A stretch of 64,000 bases of DNA from Actinomycetota bacterium. GTDB lineage: Bacteria > Actinomycetota > Thermoleophilia > Gaiellales > Gaiellaceae. The translations under genes were made by a program, and so were the position numbers. Location: assembly GCA_046734335.1 (NCBI GenBank), contig JBKPRA010000122.1:3901-67900 (forward strand). Direction: 5' to 3'. Shown one piece after another: positions 18,648-28,362 of the stretch (position 1 is its first letter; every line of letters starts with the position of its first letter). The notes beneath the pieces are model-generated. The model did not search any database. It saw only the letters and a program-made list of their open reading frames with translations, and was not told where the DNA came from.

Positions 18648-20147
18648 GTGTCCGTGAAGTCCGACACCAACGTCGGCCCTGCGATCCACCAGCTTGGAGC
18701 GCCTGCTGCTGCGTACGAGTCCGCGGTTCGAGGCGAGCGCTTCTGGTCGGCTGCGCGGCTGACCGTCGATCTGGGCCTGCTCGCCCTGGCCGCTGTGATC
18801 GCGGCCTTCTCCTGGCCGGAATCCGGCGTTGGCGCCCGCGTGCTCTGGCCCGCGCTCTTCGCCCTGATCGTCCTGGGCATGTCGCATGCACGGGGCACCT
18901 ACCGGCGACGCGTGAAGCTCGACACCCTCGAGGACTTGCGCTCGACGGGATGGGTGGTCGCGGTTGCTGCCGGTGTGGTGGTCATGCTGGAGGTGCTCGT
19001 TGTAGACGACTTCCAGTCCACCGCAACCCACACCGTCCGGCTCGGTCTGATCGCGGCGCTGCTCGTGGCCGGCGGACGGGTCGCGCTCAACTTCTGGCAG
19101 CTGCAGACCAGGCGCCAGGGCAAGGCGCTCGTGCCCACCCTCATCGTCGGCGCGGGACAGGTCGGCCGCACGACTGCCAAGCGCTTGCTCAAGCATCCGG
19201 AGCTCGGCCTCCGGCCCGTCGGGTTCCTCGACAAGGAGCCGCTGGACGCGGGCAACAGCACACGGCGGCTGCCCGTCCTCGGAGCTAGCTGGGACCTGGA
19301 GAGCGTCGTCTACGAGTACGGGATCGGGCAGGTGATCATCACGTTCTCGACGGCGCCGAGCGACGTCCTTCTGCGGCTCGTCAACCGCTGTGAGGAGCTT
19401 GGAATTGCGGTCGCCCTCGTCCCTCGGCTTTTCGAGAAGATGACGCACCGACTCACGATCGAGCATCTCGGCGGCCTACCGCTGATCACCTCGCGACCGA
19501 GTGATCCGAGGGGCTGGCAGTTCGCCGTCAAGTACAGCGTCGATCGTCTTGTCGCCCTGGTGGCCGTCGTGCTGCTGCTGCCCGTCCTGGCGGCCTGCGC
19601 ACTCGCGGTGTGGCTGAGCATGGGATCGCCCATCCTCTTCCGCCAGCGGCGGGTCGGTCTCGACGGCCATGAGTTCGACATGCTCAAGTTCCGGTCGATG
19701 CGGGGCTCGCCGAGCCAGAGTGGCGAGGCCGATGCCACGTGGTTCGCCCAGCAGCTCGAGAGCGAGTCGGACGAGCAGCCCGCGGAGGCCGAAGACGACC
19801 CGCGCGTGACGATGGTCGGCCGGGTGCTCCGGAGGACGTGGCTCGACGAGCTGCCCCAGCTGTTCAACGTGCTCAAGGGCGACATGTCACTGGTCGGGCC
19901 TCGCCCCGAACGAGTGTCGTACGTGCGTCTGTTCGAGACGCAGATCTACCGCTACGGCGACCGGCACCGGGTCAAGGCGGGAATCACCGGCTGGGCGCAG
20001 GTCCACGGCCTCCGTGGCGAGACGTCCCTCGCGGACCGCGTCGAGTGGGACAACTACTACATCGAGAACTTCTCTCTGTGGCTCGACCTGAAGATCGTCG
20101 GTTGGACGGTCCGGTCGATGTTCAGCCGGTCCGCGCAGCCGAGCTAG
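18648..20147 (+). CDS. polyprenyl-phosphate glycosyl-1-phosphate transferase (WbaP/EpsB-type priming sugar transferase)
   Basis: N-terminal TM helices, a central Rossmann-like region, and the C-terminal bacterial sugar transferase domain (PILFRQRRVGLDGHEFDMLKFRSM...LPQLFNVLKGDMSLVGPRP). The exact start is uncertain. Confidence 0.85.
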   Translation: MSVKSDTNVGPAIHQLGAPAAAYESAVRGERFWSAARLTVDLGLLALAAVIAAFSWPESGVGARVLWPALFALIVLGMSHARGTYRRRVKLDTLEDLRSTGWVVAVAAGVVVMLEVLVVDDFQSTATHTVRLGLIAALLVAGGRVALNFWQLQTRRQGKALVPTLIVGAGQVGRTTAKRLLKHPELGLRPVGFLDKEPLDAGNSTRRLPVLGASWDLESVVYEYGIGQVIITFSTAPSDVLLRLVNRCEELGIAVALVPRLFEKMTHRLTIEHLGGLPLITSRPSDPRGWQFAVKYSVDRLVALVAVVLLLPVLAACALAVWLSMGSPILFRQRRVGLDGHEFDMLKFRSMRGSPSQSGEADATWFAQQLESESDEQPAEAEDDPRVTMVGRVLRRTWLDELPQLFNVLKGDMSLVGPRPERVSYVRLFETQIYRYGDRHRVKAGITGWAQVHGLRGETSLADRVEWDNYYIENFSLWLDLKIVGWTVRSMFSRSAQPS

Positions 20148-20171
20148 CCCGACGCTGCGGTTCTATTTCTG

Positions 20172-21167
20172 CTAGACGGGTGCGGCTAGCTCGGCGCGCT
20201 CGAAGGCGATCACGTCGACGAGGATCTCGTCGAGCGATCGGCTTGGTGACCAACCGATCGCCCCGGTCACCTTCTCGATCGACGGGATCCGGTGGAGCGT
20301 GTCCTCGATCCCCAACCCGTAGACCCGGTCGTAGGGGACGACGACGAGCTCCGAGGACGAGCCGGTCTCCTCGAGCACGCGCCCGGCCAGGCCGCGGATC
20401 GAGATTCGGTTCGGCGAGCCGACGTTGTAGATCTGCCCGTCGACAGCGGGCTCGTCCACGAGCCCGGTCAGGGCAGAGACGGTGTCGAGGACGTGGCAGA
20501 ACGTGCGCGTCTGGGTCCCGTCGCCGTGGATCTCCAGCGGTGCGCCCGCGAGCGCGGCTTGGACGAACTTGGGGATTACCATCCCGTACTGGCCGCTCTG
20601 CCTCGGGCCGACCGTGTTGAAGAGCCGGACGATCACGCAGTCGAGGTCGCGCTCCTGGTGGTACGCCAGCGCCAGATACTCGTCCATCGCCTTCGAGTCG
20701 GCGTACAGCCAGCGCTTCTGGGTGGTCGGGCCATAGACGCGCCGGTCGTCCTCCCGGAAAGGCTCCTCGGTGCGCGGGTCGCCGTAGACCTCCGAGGTCG
20801 AGGCGACGAGCACCCGCTTGCCGAACCGCGAGCAGTGGTCGAGCACGACCTCGGTGCCCTCGAGGTTCGTGACGATGGTGTGCACCGGCTGCTCAACGAT
20901 CAGGCGCACGCCGACTGCCGCCGCCAGGTGGTAGACGACGTCGCACTTGTTCACGAGCTCGTTCACGACCGCCGGCTTCAGGACCGAGTCGACGACCAGG
21001 TGGAACTCGCCGCGGGGCATCAGGTGCTCGATGTTGCGCATCGAGCCGGTAGAGAGGTCGTCGAGCGCGTAGACCTCCCAACCGTCCTCGAGCAGCCGTT
21101 CGCAGAGATGCGACCCGATGAAGCCCGCGCCGCCCGTGACGAGTGCCCGACCCTTCACGGGAAGCAA
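20172..21167 (-). CDS. NAD-dependent epimerase/dehydratase (UXS/4-epimerase-like extended SDR)
   Basis: ALVTGGAGFIGSHLCERL, STSEVYG and YADSK motifs. The table start TTG 21167 sits inside a TAGGCT box; an alternative start is GTG 21158, 8 nt downstream of that box. Confidence 0.8.
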   Translation of the reverse strand: MLPVKGRALVTGGAGFIGSHLCERLLEDGWEVYALDDLSTGSMRNIEHLMPRGEFHLVVDSVLKPAVVNELVNKCDVVYHLAAAVGVRLIVEQPVHTIVTNLEGTEVVLDHCSRFGKRVLVASTSEVYGDPRTEEPFREDDRRVYGPTTQKRWLYADSKAMDEYLALAYHQERDLDCVIVRLFNTVGPRQSGQYGMVIPKFVQAALAGAPLEIHGDGTQTRTFCHVLDTVSALTGLVDEPAVDGQIYNVGSPNRISIRGLAGRVLEETGSSSELVVVPYDRVYGLGIEDTLHRIPSIEKVTGAIGWSPSRSLDEILVDVIAFERAELAAPV

Positions 21168-21319
21168 GCCTAGCGGAGGGACCGAACGGCCCCTGCGAAT
21201 ACGGCGGAGGCTCCTCGGAGGGCCCCCGCCGCGTTGAACGACCTTTCCCGATTCGGCCCTCGTTACACACCCACGTGCGGCGACCAGGTCGCCGTCCCGG
21301 CCACCGAGCCGGTTGGCAC

Positions 21320-21348
21320 TTGACGCCGTCCGGATTGGCTAGTAATTT
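21320..21348 (+). promoter_or_regulatory. sigma-70-like promoter upstream of sbp (TTGACG-N17-TAATTT)
   Basis: TTGACG lies at 21320-21325 and TAATTT at 21343-21348, in the relatively AT-rich spacer upstream of the sulfate transporter operon. Confidence 0.4.
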
Positions 21349-21389
21349 CCATCAAGTCCGTAGAGAAAGTCGATAGATAAGGGGTGTCA

Positions 21390-22388
21390 ATGAGACGAAT
21401 TGTCCTTGCTTCTTGTGTAGTCCTCGCCGCTCTGACGGCGACCGCAATCGCCGGGGCGTCCGGCAAGGACGGGAGCCTGTCGGTGGTCGCGTACTCGACG
21501 CCGAAGACGGTGTACGGGAAGATCATCCAGGCGTGGCAGCAGACTGCTGACGGCAAGGGCGTCTCGTTCACCCAGTCCTACGCCGCCTCCACCGACCAGG
21601 CTCGTGCGGTCGCGGCCGGCCTGAAAGCCGATCTCGTCTTCCTCTCGACCGGCGACGACGTGAACATCCTCGTCGACGCCGGCCTGATCGACAAGAACTG
21701 GGACAAGCAGGCCTACAAGGGCATCGAGGCTGACACGGTCGTCGTGTTCGCCGTCCGCAACGGCAACCCCAAGCACATCAGGGGTTGGGCCGATCTGGTC
21801 AAGCCGGGCGTCCAGGTGGTGACACCGAACCCGTTCAGCTCCGGGTCGGCGAAGTGGAACATTCTCGCTGCCTACGGCGCACAGCGGCGACTCGGCAAGA
21901 GCGATGCGCAGGCCCAGGCATACGTGAAGAAGCTCTTCCAGCACGTCGTCTCGCAGGACACCTCCGGCCGGAACGCGACCAACACGTTCCTGTCCGGGAA
22001 GGGCGACGTCCTGCTCACCTACGAGAGCGAGGCGCTCACCTCGCGGGCCGCCGGGACGGACATCCAGTACGTGATCCCGCGCCAGACGATGCTGATCGAG
22101 CTGCCGATCGCGGTGCTCAAGTCGAGCGGCAACAGGGACCTGGCGAACAAGTTCATCCGCTTCACCAAGGGTCCGGTCGCTCAGGACCTCTTCGGCCAGT
22201 ACGGGTGGCGACCCGTCAACCGGACGGTCGCGAAGAAGTACACGGAGAAATACCCGTCGCGGCCCGGCATCTTCAAGATCGACGACAAGATCTTCGGCGG
22301 CTGGCGCACGGTCGACAAGAAGTGGTTCAGCCAGAACGGGATCATGGTCAAGATCGAGCGCGGAGTCGGAGGTCCGACCTCTGGCTAG
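21390..22388 (+). CDS. sbp: sulfate/thiosulfate ABC transporter substrate-binding protein
   Basis: Signal peptide MRRIVLASCVVLAALTATAIAGA and Sbp/CysP-like sequence throughout. ATG 21390 is preceded by AAGGGG at a 5-nt spacing; the table gives GTG 21384. Confidence 0.85.
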   Translation: MRRIVLASCVVLAALTATAIAGASGKDGSLSVVAYSTPKTVYGKIIQAWQQTADGKGVSFTQSYAASTDQARAVAAGLKADLVFLSTGDDVNILVDAGLIDKNWDKQAYKGIEADTVVVFAVRNGNPKHIRGWADLVKPGVQVVTPNPFSSGSAKWNILAAYGAQRRLGKSDAQAQAYVKKLFQHVVSQDTSGRNATNTFLSGKGDVLLTYESEALTSRAAGTDIQYVIPRQTMLIELPIAVLKSSGNRDLANKFIRFTKGPVAQDLFGQYGWRPVNRTVAKKYTEKYPSRPGIFKIDDKIFGGWRTVDKKWFSQNGIMVKIERGVGGPTSG

Positions 22389-23223
22389 CGTCGCTCCCAC
22401 AGCGGCGGCCGCGTCACGCGGCTCGAGCTGGGCGAGGGAGAGGGCGGGTACCGCCCTCTCCCTCGGCTTCGTCACGGGCTATCTGACGCTGATCGTCGTG
22501 CTGCCGCTCGCGGCTGTGGTCGCGGCCTCGGGCGAGGACGGCTGGTCGGGTTTCTGGTCTGCCGTGTCGAACCCGGAGGCCGTGGCCGCCCTGAAGCTCA
22601 GCGTGGTCGTCGCGATCCTCGCGGCGCTCGTCAATGCCGTCTTCGGGACGATCACCGCCTGGGTCCTGGTGCGCGATCGCTTCCCCGGCCGCTCGATCGT
22701 GAACAGCGTGATCGACCTGCCGTTCGCGCTGCCGACGATCGTGGCCGGGCTCGTCCTGCTCGCGCTGTACAGCCCGAACTCGCCGATCGGCGTCCACCTG
22801 GCCTTCACGCGGTGGGCGATCTTCATGGCGCTCCTGTTCGTGACCCTGCCGTTCGTCGTCCGCACGGTGCAGCCGGTGCTGCTCGAGCTCGACACCGAGA
22901 TGGAGGAGGCCGCGCGCTCCCTCGGCGCCTCCGAGGTCACCGTCTTCCGCCGGATCGTGCTGCCGAACATCATGCCGGGGATCCTGTCGGGAATCGCGCT
23001 CGCGTTCGCCAGGGCGGTCGGTGAGATCGGCTCGGTCGTCCTCATCTCGGGGAACAACCCGTTCCACACCGAGGTCGCCTCCGTCTTCGTCCTCAACCAG
23101 GTCCATTCGGGCCAACGGGCCGCCGCCGCATCGGTCGCCGTCGTCCTGCTCGTGATCTCATTCGCGATCCTGCTGCTCGTCGGCGGGATCCGCCGGCTCG
23201 CGACGAGGCACGAGTATGCGTAG
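22381..23223 (+). CDS. cysT: sulfate ABC transporter permease CysT (start probably non-canonical CTG)
   Basis: ABC permease sequence. The conserved first TM segment (ALSLGFVTGYLTLIVVLPLAAV) lies upstream of the first ATG/GTG/TTG at 22498. The frame is open upstream and contains CTG 22381, with GGAGG 8 nt upstream. Confidence 0.75.
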   Translation: MASVAPTAAAASRGSSWARERAGTALSLGFVTGYLTLIVVLPLAAVVAASGEDGWSGFWSAVSNPEAVAALKLSVVVAILAALVNAVFGTITAWVLVRDRFPGRSIVNSVIDLPFALPTIVAGLVLLALYSPNSPIGVHLAFTRWAIFMALLFVTLPFVVRTVQPVLLELDTEMEEAARSLGASEVTVFRRIVLPNIMPGILSGIALAFARAVGEIGSVVLISGNNPFHTEVASVFVLNQVHSGQRAAAASVAVVLLVISFAILLLVGGIRRLATRHEYA

Positions 23224-23992
23224 GCTCGGGCTCCGCGGGATCGCGCTCGGCTACCTGGCGGTCGTGTTGCTCGGCCCGCTGGCGATGATCTTCTGGAAGA
23301 CGTTCGAGCACGGCTTCGGGCCGTTCTGGGACTCGGTCACCACCCCGGAGACGCTGACCGCGTTCAAGAACACGCTTCTGATCACGGCCATCGCGGTGCC
23401 TCTCAACACCGTGTTCGGGATCGTGTGCGCCCTGGCGATCGTCCGCCGGCGGTTCCCCGGCAAGGGTCTTGTCAACGCCTTCATCGATCTGCCGCTCGCG
23501 GTGTCGCCGGTTGTCGTCGGCGTCTCGCTCTTCCTGCTCTACGGCCGCGGCGGGTGGTTCTACGACCTGTTCGCGGACAACGGGATCGAGATCCTGTTCG
23601 CCCTGCCGGCGATGGTGATCGCGACGATGTTCGTCTCGCTGCCGTTCGTCGCCCGCGAAGTCGTGCCGACGCTCCGGGAGATCGGCGAGGAGCAGGAGCA
23701 GGCCGCACACACCCTCGGCGCGTCGGGTTGGCAGACCTTCTGGCGGATCACTCTTCCCTCGATCCGCTGGGCCGTGATCTACGGCGTCGTGCTTACCACC
23801 GCGCGCTGCCTCGGGGAGTACGGCGCAGTCGCCGTCGTCCACGGGTACAAGATGACGGCCACACTGCAGGTGCAGGACTACTACGAGAACTTCAACCAGT
23901 CGGGGGCGTACGGCGTGTCGCTGATGCTGGCGGTGATGGCGGTGATCGTCCTGGTCACCATGGTTCTGATCAAGCCGAGAGAGGGTCACTGA
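23216..23992 (+). CDS. cysW: sulfate ABC transporter permease CysW
   Basis: 258-aa ABC permease. It overlaps cysT by 8 nt and overlaps the cysA start. Confidence 0.85.
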   Translation: MRRLGLRGIALGYLAVVLLGPLAMIFWKTFEHGFGPFWDSVTTPETLTAFKNTLLITAIAVPLNTVFGIVCALAIVRRRFPGKGLVNAFIDLPLAVSPVVVGVSLFLLYGRGGWFYDLFADNGIEILFALPAMVIATMFVSLPFVAREVVPTLREIGEEQEQAAHTLGASGWQTFWRITLPSIRWAVIYGVVLTTARCLGEYGAVAVVHGYKMTATLQVQDYYENFNQSGAYGVSLMLAVMAVIVLVTMVLIKPREGH

Positions 23993-24948
23993 TGTCGATC
24001 TCGATCCAGAACGTCTCCAAGCGGTTCGGCGACTTCGTTGCGCTCGACGACGTGTCGCTCGAGGTGCCGACCGGCTCGCTGGTCGCGCTGCTCGGACCGA
24101 GCGGCAGCGGCAAGTCGACCCTGCTGCGGATCGTCGCCGGGCTGGAGCGGGCCGACGGCGGCGCGGTCCACATCGCCGACGAGGACGTCACAGGCACCTC
24201 GCCGCAGGAACGCGGTATCGGCTTCGTCTTCCAGCACTACGCGGCGTTCAAGCACATGACGGTCTTCGAGAACGTCGCCTTCGGCCTGAGGATCCGCCGT
24301 CGGCGGAAGGCCGAGATCCACGCCCGGGTCCACGAGCTGCTCGAGCTCGTCCAGCTGGAGGGGATGGCCAAGCGCTATCCGTCGCAGCTGTCCGGCGGTC
24401 AGCGCCAGCGGATGGGCCTGGCTCGTGCGCTGGCGGTCGAGCCGAAAGTGCTGCTGCTCGACGAGCCGTTCGGGGCGCTCGACGCGCGCGTCCGCAAGGA
24501 GCTACGGGTCTGGCTCCGGCGGCTGCACGACGAGACGCACACGACCACCGTGATCGTCACCCACGACCAGGAGGAGGCGATGGAGGTGGCCGAGACGGTC
24601 GCAGTGATGAATCACGGCCGGATCGAGCAGGTCGCCGGCCCGGTGGATCTGTACGAGCGGCCTGCGAATCAGTTCGTGATGGAGTTCGTCGGGGCGGTCA
24701 ACCGGCTCGGCGATGCGTTCGTGCGCCCGCACGACCTCGAGGTGAGTCTCGAGCCCAACGGGTCGACCAAGGAGGCGATGATCGTTCGTCTCGTCAACCT
24801 CGGCTTCGATGTGCGCCTCGAGCTCGTCCGCGACGACGGCGAGCAGCTGGCCGCGCAGCTCACGCGCGACCAGGCAGAGGCACTGGAGCTCGAGCCCGGG
24901 CAGATCGTCTACGTCAGGCCGACACGCCAGACGACGTTCGCACCCTGA
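23992..24948 (+). CDS. cysA: sulfate ABC transporter ATP-binding protein
   Basis: [15 protein letters not shown].., Walker [10 protein letters not shown], signature LSGGQRQR and Walker B LLLDEP. The ATG overlaps the cysW stop by 1 nt (TGATG). Confidence 0.9.
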   Translation: MSISIQNVSKRFGDFVALDDVSLEVPTGSLVALLGPSGSGKSTLLRIVAGLERADGGAVHIADEDVTGTSPQERGIGFVFQHYAAFKHMTVFENVAFGLRIRRRRKAEIHARVHELLELVQLEGMAKRYPSQLSGGQRQRMGLARALAVEPKVLLLDEPFGALDARVRKELRVWLRRLHDETHTTTVIVTHDQEEAMEVAETVAVMNHGRIEQVAGPVDLYERPANQFVMEFVGAVNRLGDAFVRPHDLEVSLEPNGSTKEAMIVRLVNLGFDVRLELVRDDGEQLAAQLTRDQAEALELEPGQIVYVRPTRQTTFAP

Positions 24949-24954
24949 CGGGTC

Positions 24955-24986
24955 CCTGGGCCGTTCCTACGGGTGGGGTGCCCAGG
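24955..24986. terminator. hairpin between convergent cysA and the Rrf2 gene (possible bidirectional terminator)
   Basis: CCTGGGC (24955-24961) pairs with GCCCAGG (24980-24986) around an 18-nt loop. There is no U-tract. Confidence 0.25.
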
Positions 24987-25428
24987 CCTCCGGGTCGGAG
25001 ACGAGCTCGCGGACGACCTCCGGCAGCTCGCCCGACGCCACGTCCGCGAGCGTGACCGCCTCGAGGACCGAACGCAGGCTCGCCCGCACCGCGATCCAGA
25101 CGTCCTTGAGCGGCTCTGCAGCGCCCTGATAGGTGATCGCATCCGGTCGCACGCCACGCACGTTCGCGAGCGGGCCCTCGACGGCGCGGATGATCTCGGC
25201 GAGCGTGATCTCGTCCGCGGGCCGGGCGAGCCAGTAACCGCCCTCTGCACCGCGCTGGCTGCGGACGAGCCCTGCATGACGGAGGTCGCCGAGGATGTTC
25301 TCCAGGAACTTGAGCGGCACCTCCTGCGCCTGGGCGACCCGCTCGCCCTTGACGTGACCCTCGCCCTCGGCCGCCGCGAGCTGGATGCAGGCCCGCAGCG
25401 CGTAGTCGGCCTTGGCTGAGACACGCAT
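24967..25428 (-). CDS. Rrf2-family transcriptional regulator (CymR/IscR-like, no Cys cluster seen)
   Basis: MRVSAKADYALRACIQLAAAE..VPLKFLENILGDLRHAGLVRSQRGAEGGYWLARP. The start is at ATG 25428, residue 60 of the table ORF. A CAGAAT box lies 6 nt upstream. Confidence 0.8.
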   Translation of the reverse strand: MRVSAKADYALRACIQLAAAEGEGHVKGERVAQAQEVPLKFLENILGDLRHAGLVRSQRGAEGGYWLARPADEITLAEIIRAVEGPLANVRGVRPDAITYQGAAEPLKDVWIAVRASLRSVLEAVTLADVASGELPEVVRELVSDPEAWAPHP

Positions 25429-25459
25429 GGCCTGATTCTGACCGAACGGTCTTCGTCCA

Positions 25460-25479
25460 ATTGACCCAAGCGCGTCAAT
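25460..25479. promoter_or_regulatory. inverted repeat ATTGAC-N8-GTCAAT in the Rrf2/clpC divergent intergenic region (candidate operator)
   Basis: Perfect 6-bp arms read directly from the sequence, located between the Rrf2 start (25428) and the TACAAT box (25511-25516) upstream of clpC. Confidence 0.3.
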
Positions 25480-25528
25480 CGGCCGCACCGGGCGAGTCAC
25501 ACCCCTTGGGTACAATGCCGTTCCACCA

Positions 25529-28057
25529 GTGTTCGAACGGTTCACAGAGAGAGCTCGCCAGGTCGTCGTCCTCGCCCAGGACGAGGCCCGTGCGCTCAAG
25601 CACAACTACATCGGGACCGAGCACATCCTGCTCGGACTCCTCCGCGAGGAGGAAGGCCTCGCCGCGCGCGTGCTCGAGTCGCTGGACATCACGGTCGAGG
25701 AGGTGCGCGCACAGGTGGCCAGGATCGTGGGCCAGGGCGATGAGGTCACGACCGGCCAGATCCCCTTCACCCCGCGTGCAAAGAAGGTGCTGGAGCTGGC
25801 TCTGCGCGAGGCGCTGAGCCTCGGCCACAACTACATCGGCACGGAGCACATCCTGCTCGGCCTCGTTCGCGAGAACGAAGGGGTCGCGGCGCGCATCCTG
25901 CTCGACTTCGACGCCGACGCCGAGAAGATCCGGAACGAGATCATCCGGATGCTGTCCGGCCCGGGCCGCCGCCAGGGCGGCTCTCCCGGCGGCGCAGCCG
26001 AGAAGTCGAAGAGCTCGAAGCTGCTCGACCAGTTCGGCCGCAACTTCACCAAGCAGGCAGCCGAGGGCAAGCTCGACCCTGTCGTCGGCCGCCAGATCGA
26101 GATCGAGCGGATCATGCAGATCCTCTCACGCCGCCAGAAAAACAACCCGGTGCTGATCGGCGAGCCCGGCGTCGGCAAGACCGCGATCGTCGAGGGCCTC
26201 GCCCAGCGCATTGGCTCCAACCAGGTGCCGGAGCTGCTCAAGGGCAAGCAGATCTACAGCCTCGACCTGGCCGCGCTCGTCGCCGGCTCGAAGTACCGCG
26301 GCGAGTTCGAGGAACGGCTGAAGAAGGTCATGAAGGAGATCCAGCAGCGGGGCGACATCATCCTGTTCATCGACGAGCTGCACAATCTCGTCGGCGCCGG
26401 CGCGGCCGAAGGTGCGATCGACGCAGCCTCGATCCTGAAGCCGGCCCTCGCCCGCGGCGAGCTGCAGACGATCGGCGCAACCACGCTGGACGAGTACCGC
26501 AAGTACCTCGAGCGCGACGCCGCGCTGGAGCGTCGTTTCCAGCAGGTGCGCGTCGAGGAGCCGTCCGTCGACGACACCGTCCAGATCCTGCGCGGCCTGC
26601 GCGACCGGTACGAGGCGCACCACCGCTGCAAGATCACGGACGAGGCGCTGCACGCCGCCGCCGCGCTCGCAGACCGCTACATCCAGGACCGGCACCTGCC
26701 CGACAAGGCGATCGACCTCGTGGACGAGGCCGCATCCCGCATGCGGATCAAGACGATGACCGCGCCGCCGCGCTACCGCGAGCTCGAGGAGGAGATCGAG
26801 AAGGTCCGCAAGGACAAGGAAGACGCGATCGAGAACCAGGAGTTCGAGAAGGCGGCGTCGCTTCGTGACAAGGAGCGGAAGCTGTCCCAGAAGAAGCGCG
26901 AGCTCGAGGAGTCCTGGCGCGACGAGGAGAACGAGCAGCAGCCGGAGATCGGGGAGGAAGAGATCGCGGACATCGTCTCGATGTGGACGGGCATCCCGGT
27001 CTTCAAGCTGACCGAGGCCGAGACGCAGAAGCTGATCCGGATGGAGGACGAGCTGCACAAGCGCGTGATCGGCCAGCACGAGGCGATCGTCGCCGTCTCC
27101 AAGTCGATCCGTCGCGCCCGGGCCGGAATCAAGGACCCGAAGCGCCCGACGGGCTCGTTCATCTTCCTCGGCCCGTCCGGCGTGGGGAAGACCGAGCTCG
27201 CCCGCACGCTCGCCGAGTTTCTGTTCGGCGACGAGGACGCGCTGATTCAGGTCGACATGTCCGAGTACATGGAGAAGCACTCGGTCTCGCGGCTCGTCGG
27301 CTCCCCGCCCGGCTACATCGGCTACGACGAGGGCGGCCAGCTGACCGAGGCCGTCCGGCGCAAGCCGTACTCGGTGGTGCTCCTCGACGAGATCGAGAAG
27401 GCCCACCCGGACGTCTTCAACATCCTGCTCCAGATCCTCGAGGACGGGAAACTGACCGACGCCCAGGGGCGGAAGGTCGACTTCCGCAACACGATCGTGA
27501 TCATGACCTCGAACATCGGCGCGGCCTCGATCTCGAAGAACCAGTCGCTGGGCTTCTCGATCGGCGACGAGAGCGGGCTCTCGTACGACGACATGAAAGA
27601 CCGCGTCATGGGCGAGCTCAAGAAGGTCTTCCGGCCCGAGCTGCTGAACCGGATCGACGAGGTGATCGTCTTCCACAAGCTGTCGAAGGAAGAGATCAAG
27701 ACGATCGTCGACCTCCTGCTCAAGCGGCTCCGCGAGCAGATGGCCCTCCACGAGGCCTCGATCGAGCTCACCGACGACGCCAAGGAGATGCTCGTCGAGA
27801 AGGGCTACGACCCGGCGATGGGCGCCCGGCCGCTGCGCCGCGCGATCCAGCGCCACATCGAGGATCCCCTGGCCGACTTCGTCCTCGGCGCGGAGCTCAC
27901 GCCCGGCTCGACGATCATGGTCGACCGCAAGGGCGACGACGAGGTCGACATCACGATCATCCCGGGCGAGGCGAGGGAGCCGGTTGCGGTTCCCGCCGGG
28001 GAGGGATCCGAGCCCGAAGGCCCGGGCGACGAACCGGCCGAGAGCTCGGACGATTAG
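25529..28057 (+). CDS. clpC: ATP-dependent Clp protease ATP-binding subunit ClpC
   Basis: [38 protein letters not shown] (double Clp-N repeat), two AAA+ modules with Walker A GEPGVGKT and GPSGVGKT, and a UVR-like linker; 842 aa. Confidence 0.95.
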   Translation: MFERFTERARQVVVLAQDEARALKHNYIGTEHILLGLLREEEGLAARVLESLDITVEEVRAQVARIVGQGDEVTTGQIPFTPRAKKVLELALREALSLGHNYIGTEHILLGLVRENEGVAARILLDFDADAEKIRNEIIRMLSGPGRRQGGSPGGAAEKSKSSKLLDQFGRNFTKQAAEGKLDPVVGRQIEIERIMQILSRRQKNNPVLIGEPGVGKTAIVEGLAQRIGSNQVPELLKGKQIYSLDLAALVAGSKYRGEFEERLKKVMKEIQQRGDIILFIDELHNLVGAGAAEGAIDAASILKPALARGELQTIGATTLDEYRKYLERDAALERRFQQVRVEEPSVDDTVQILRGLRDRYEAHHRCKITDEALHAAAALADRYIQDRHLPDKAIDLVDEAASRMRIKTMTAPPRYRELEEEIEKVRKDKEDAIENQEFEKAASLRDKERKLSQKKRELEESWRDEENEQQPEIGEEEIADIVSMWTGIPVFKLTEAETQKLIRMEDELHKRVIGQHEAIVAVSKSIRRARAGIKDPKRPTGSFIFLGPSGVGKTELARTLAEFLFGDEDALIQVDMSEYMEKHSVSRLVGSPPGYIGYDEGGQLTEAVRRKPYSVVLLDEIEKAHPDVFNILLQILEDGKLTDAQGRKVDFRNTIVIMTSNIGAASISKNQSLGFSIGDESGLSYDDMKDRVMGELKKVFRPELLNRIDEVIVFHKLSKEEIKTIVDLLLKRLREQMALHEASIELTDDAKEMLVEKGYDPAMGARPLRRAIQRHIEDPLADFVLGAELTPGSTIMVDRKGDDEVDITIIPGEAREPVAVPAGEGSEPEGPGDEPAESSDD

Positions 28058-28110
28058 CTCCTTCCGCTGACGCGGTAGTGACGCCGTTTCGGCCTGCGGG
28101 TAACCGCTCC

Positions 28111-28134
28111 TCGACATCGACATCGACATCGACC
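28111..28134. repeat. tandem hexamer (TCGACA)x3 + TCGACC
   Basis: Read directly: tcgacatcgacatcgacatcgacc, within the 305-nt clpC-radA spacer. Confidence 0.9.
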
Positions 28135-28350
28135 ACGAGCGGGAGCGGGAATGGCTGAGTTGACCGTCCTGGAGAGCAAGCTCAACGGCCAGGCGGGTGG
28201 GGCCGGGCACTGGTCGATCGTCGCGGTGCTCGCCCAGCGCGCCGGAACGGGCCGAAATAGACGGAGCCGTTTCTCAAGGGTCAGACTCCCTGGGGTCTGA
28301 CGCTTCGGGCTCGTCGCAGAATCGTCACGAAGACCGTCGGGACCCACGCC

Positions 28351-28356
28351 TAGACT
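28351..28356 (+). promoter_or_regulatory. -10-like box TAGACT, 6 nt upstream of the radA GTG (leaderless start predicted)
   Basis: tagactggcctcGTGgcc. The same TAGACTGG..TCGTGGCC string occurs at 63551-63568. Confidence 0.45.
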
Positions 28357-28362
28357 GGCCTC

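Noticed and set aside
25460-25479. A CtsR operator upstream of clpC (Firmicute-style heptad direct repeat GGTCAAA-NAN-GGTCAAA).
   Set aside because: The GTCAAT elements are arranged as an inverted repeat, not a direct one, with 8-nt spacing. No ctsR/mcsA/mcsB genes precede clpC.
28111-28134. The TCGACA tandem repeat, and the trinucleotide tract at 57857-57925, considered as possible CRISPR or other arrays.
   Set aside because: The units are 6 nt and 3-9 nt long without spacers, and no cas genes are present. They are a microsatellite and a coding low-complexity repeat respectively.
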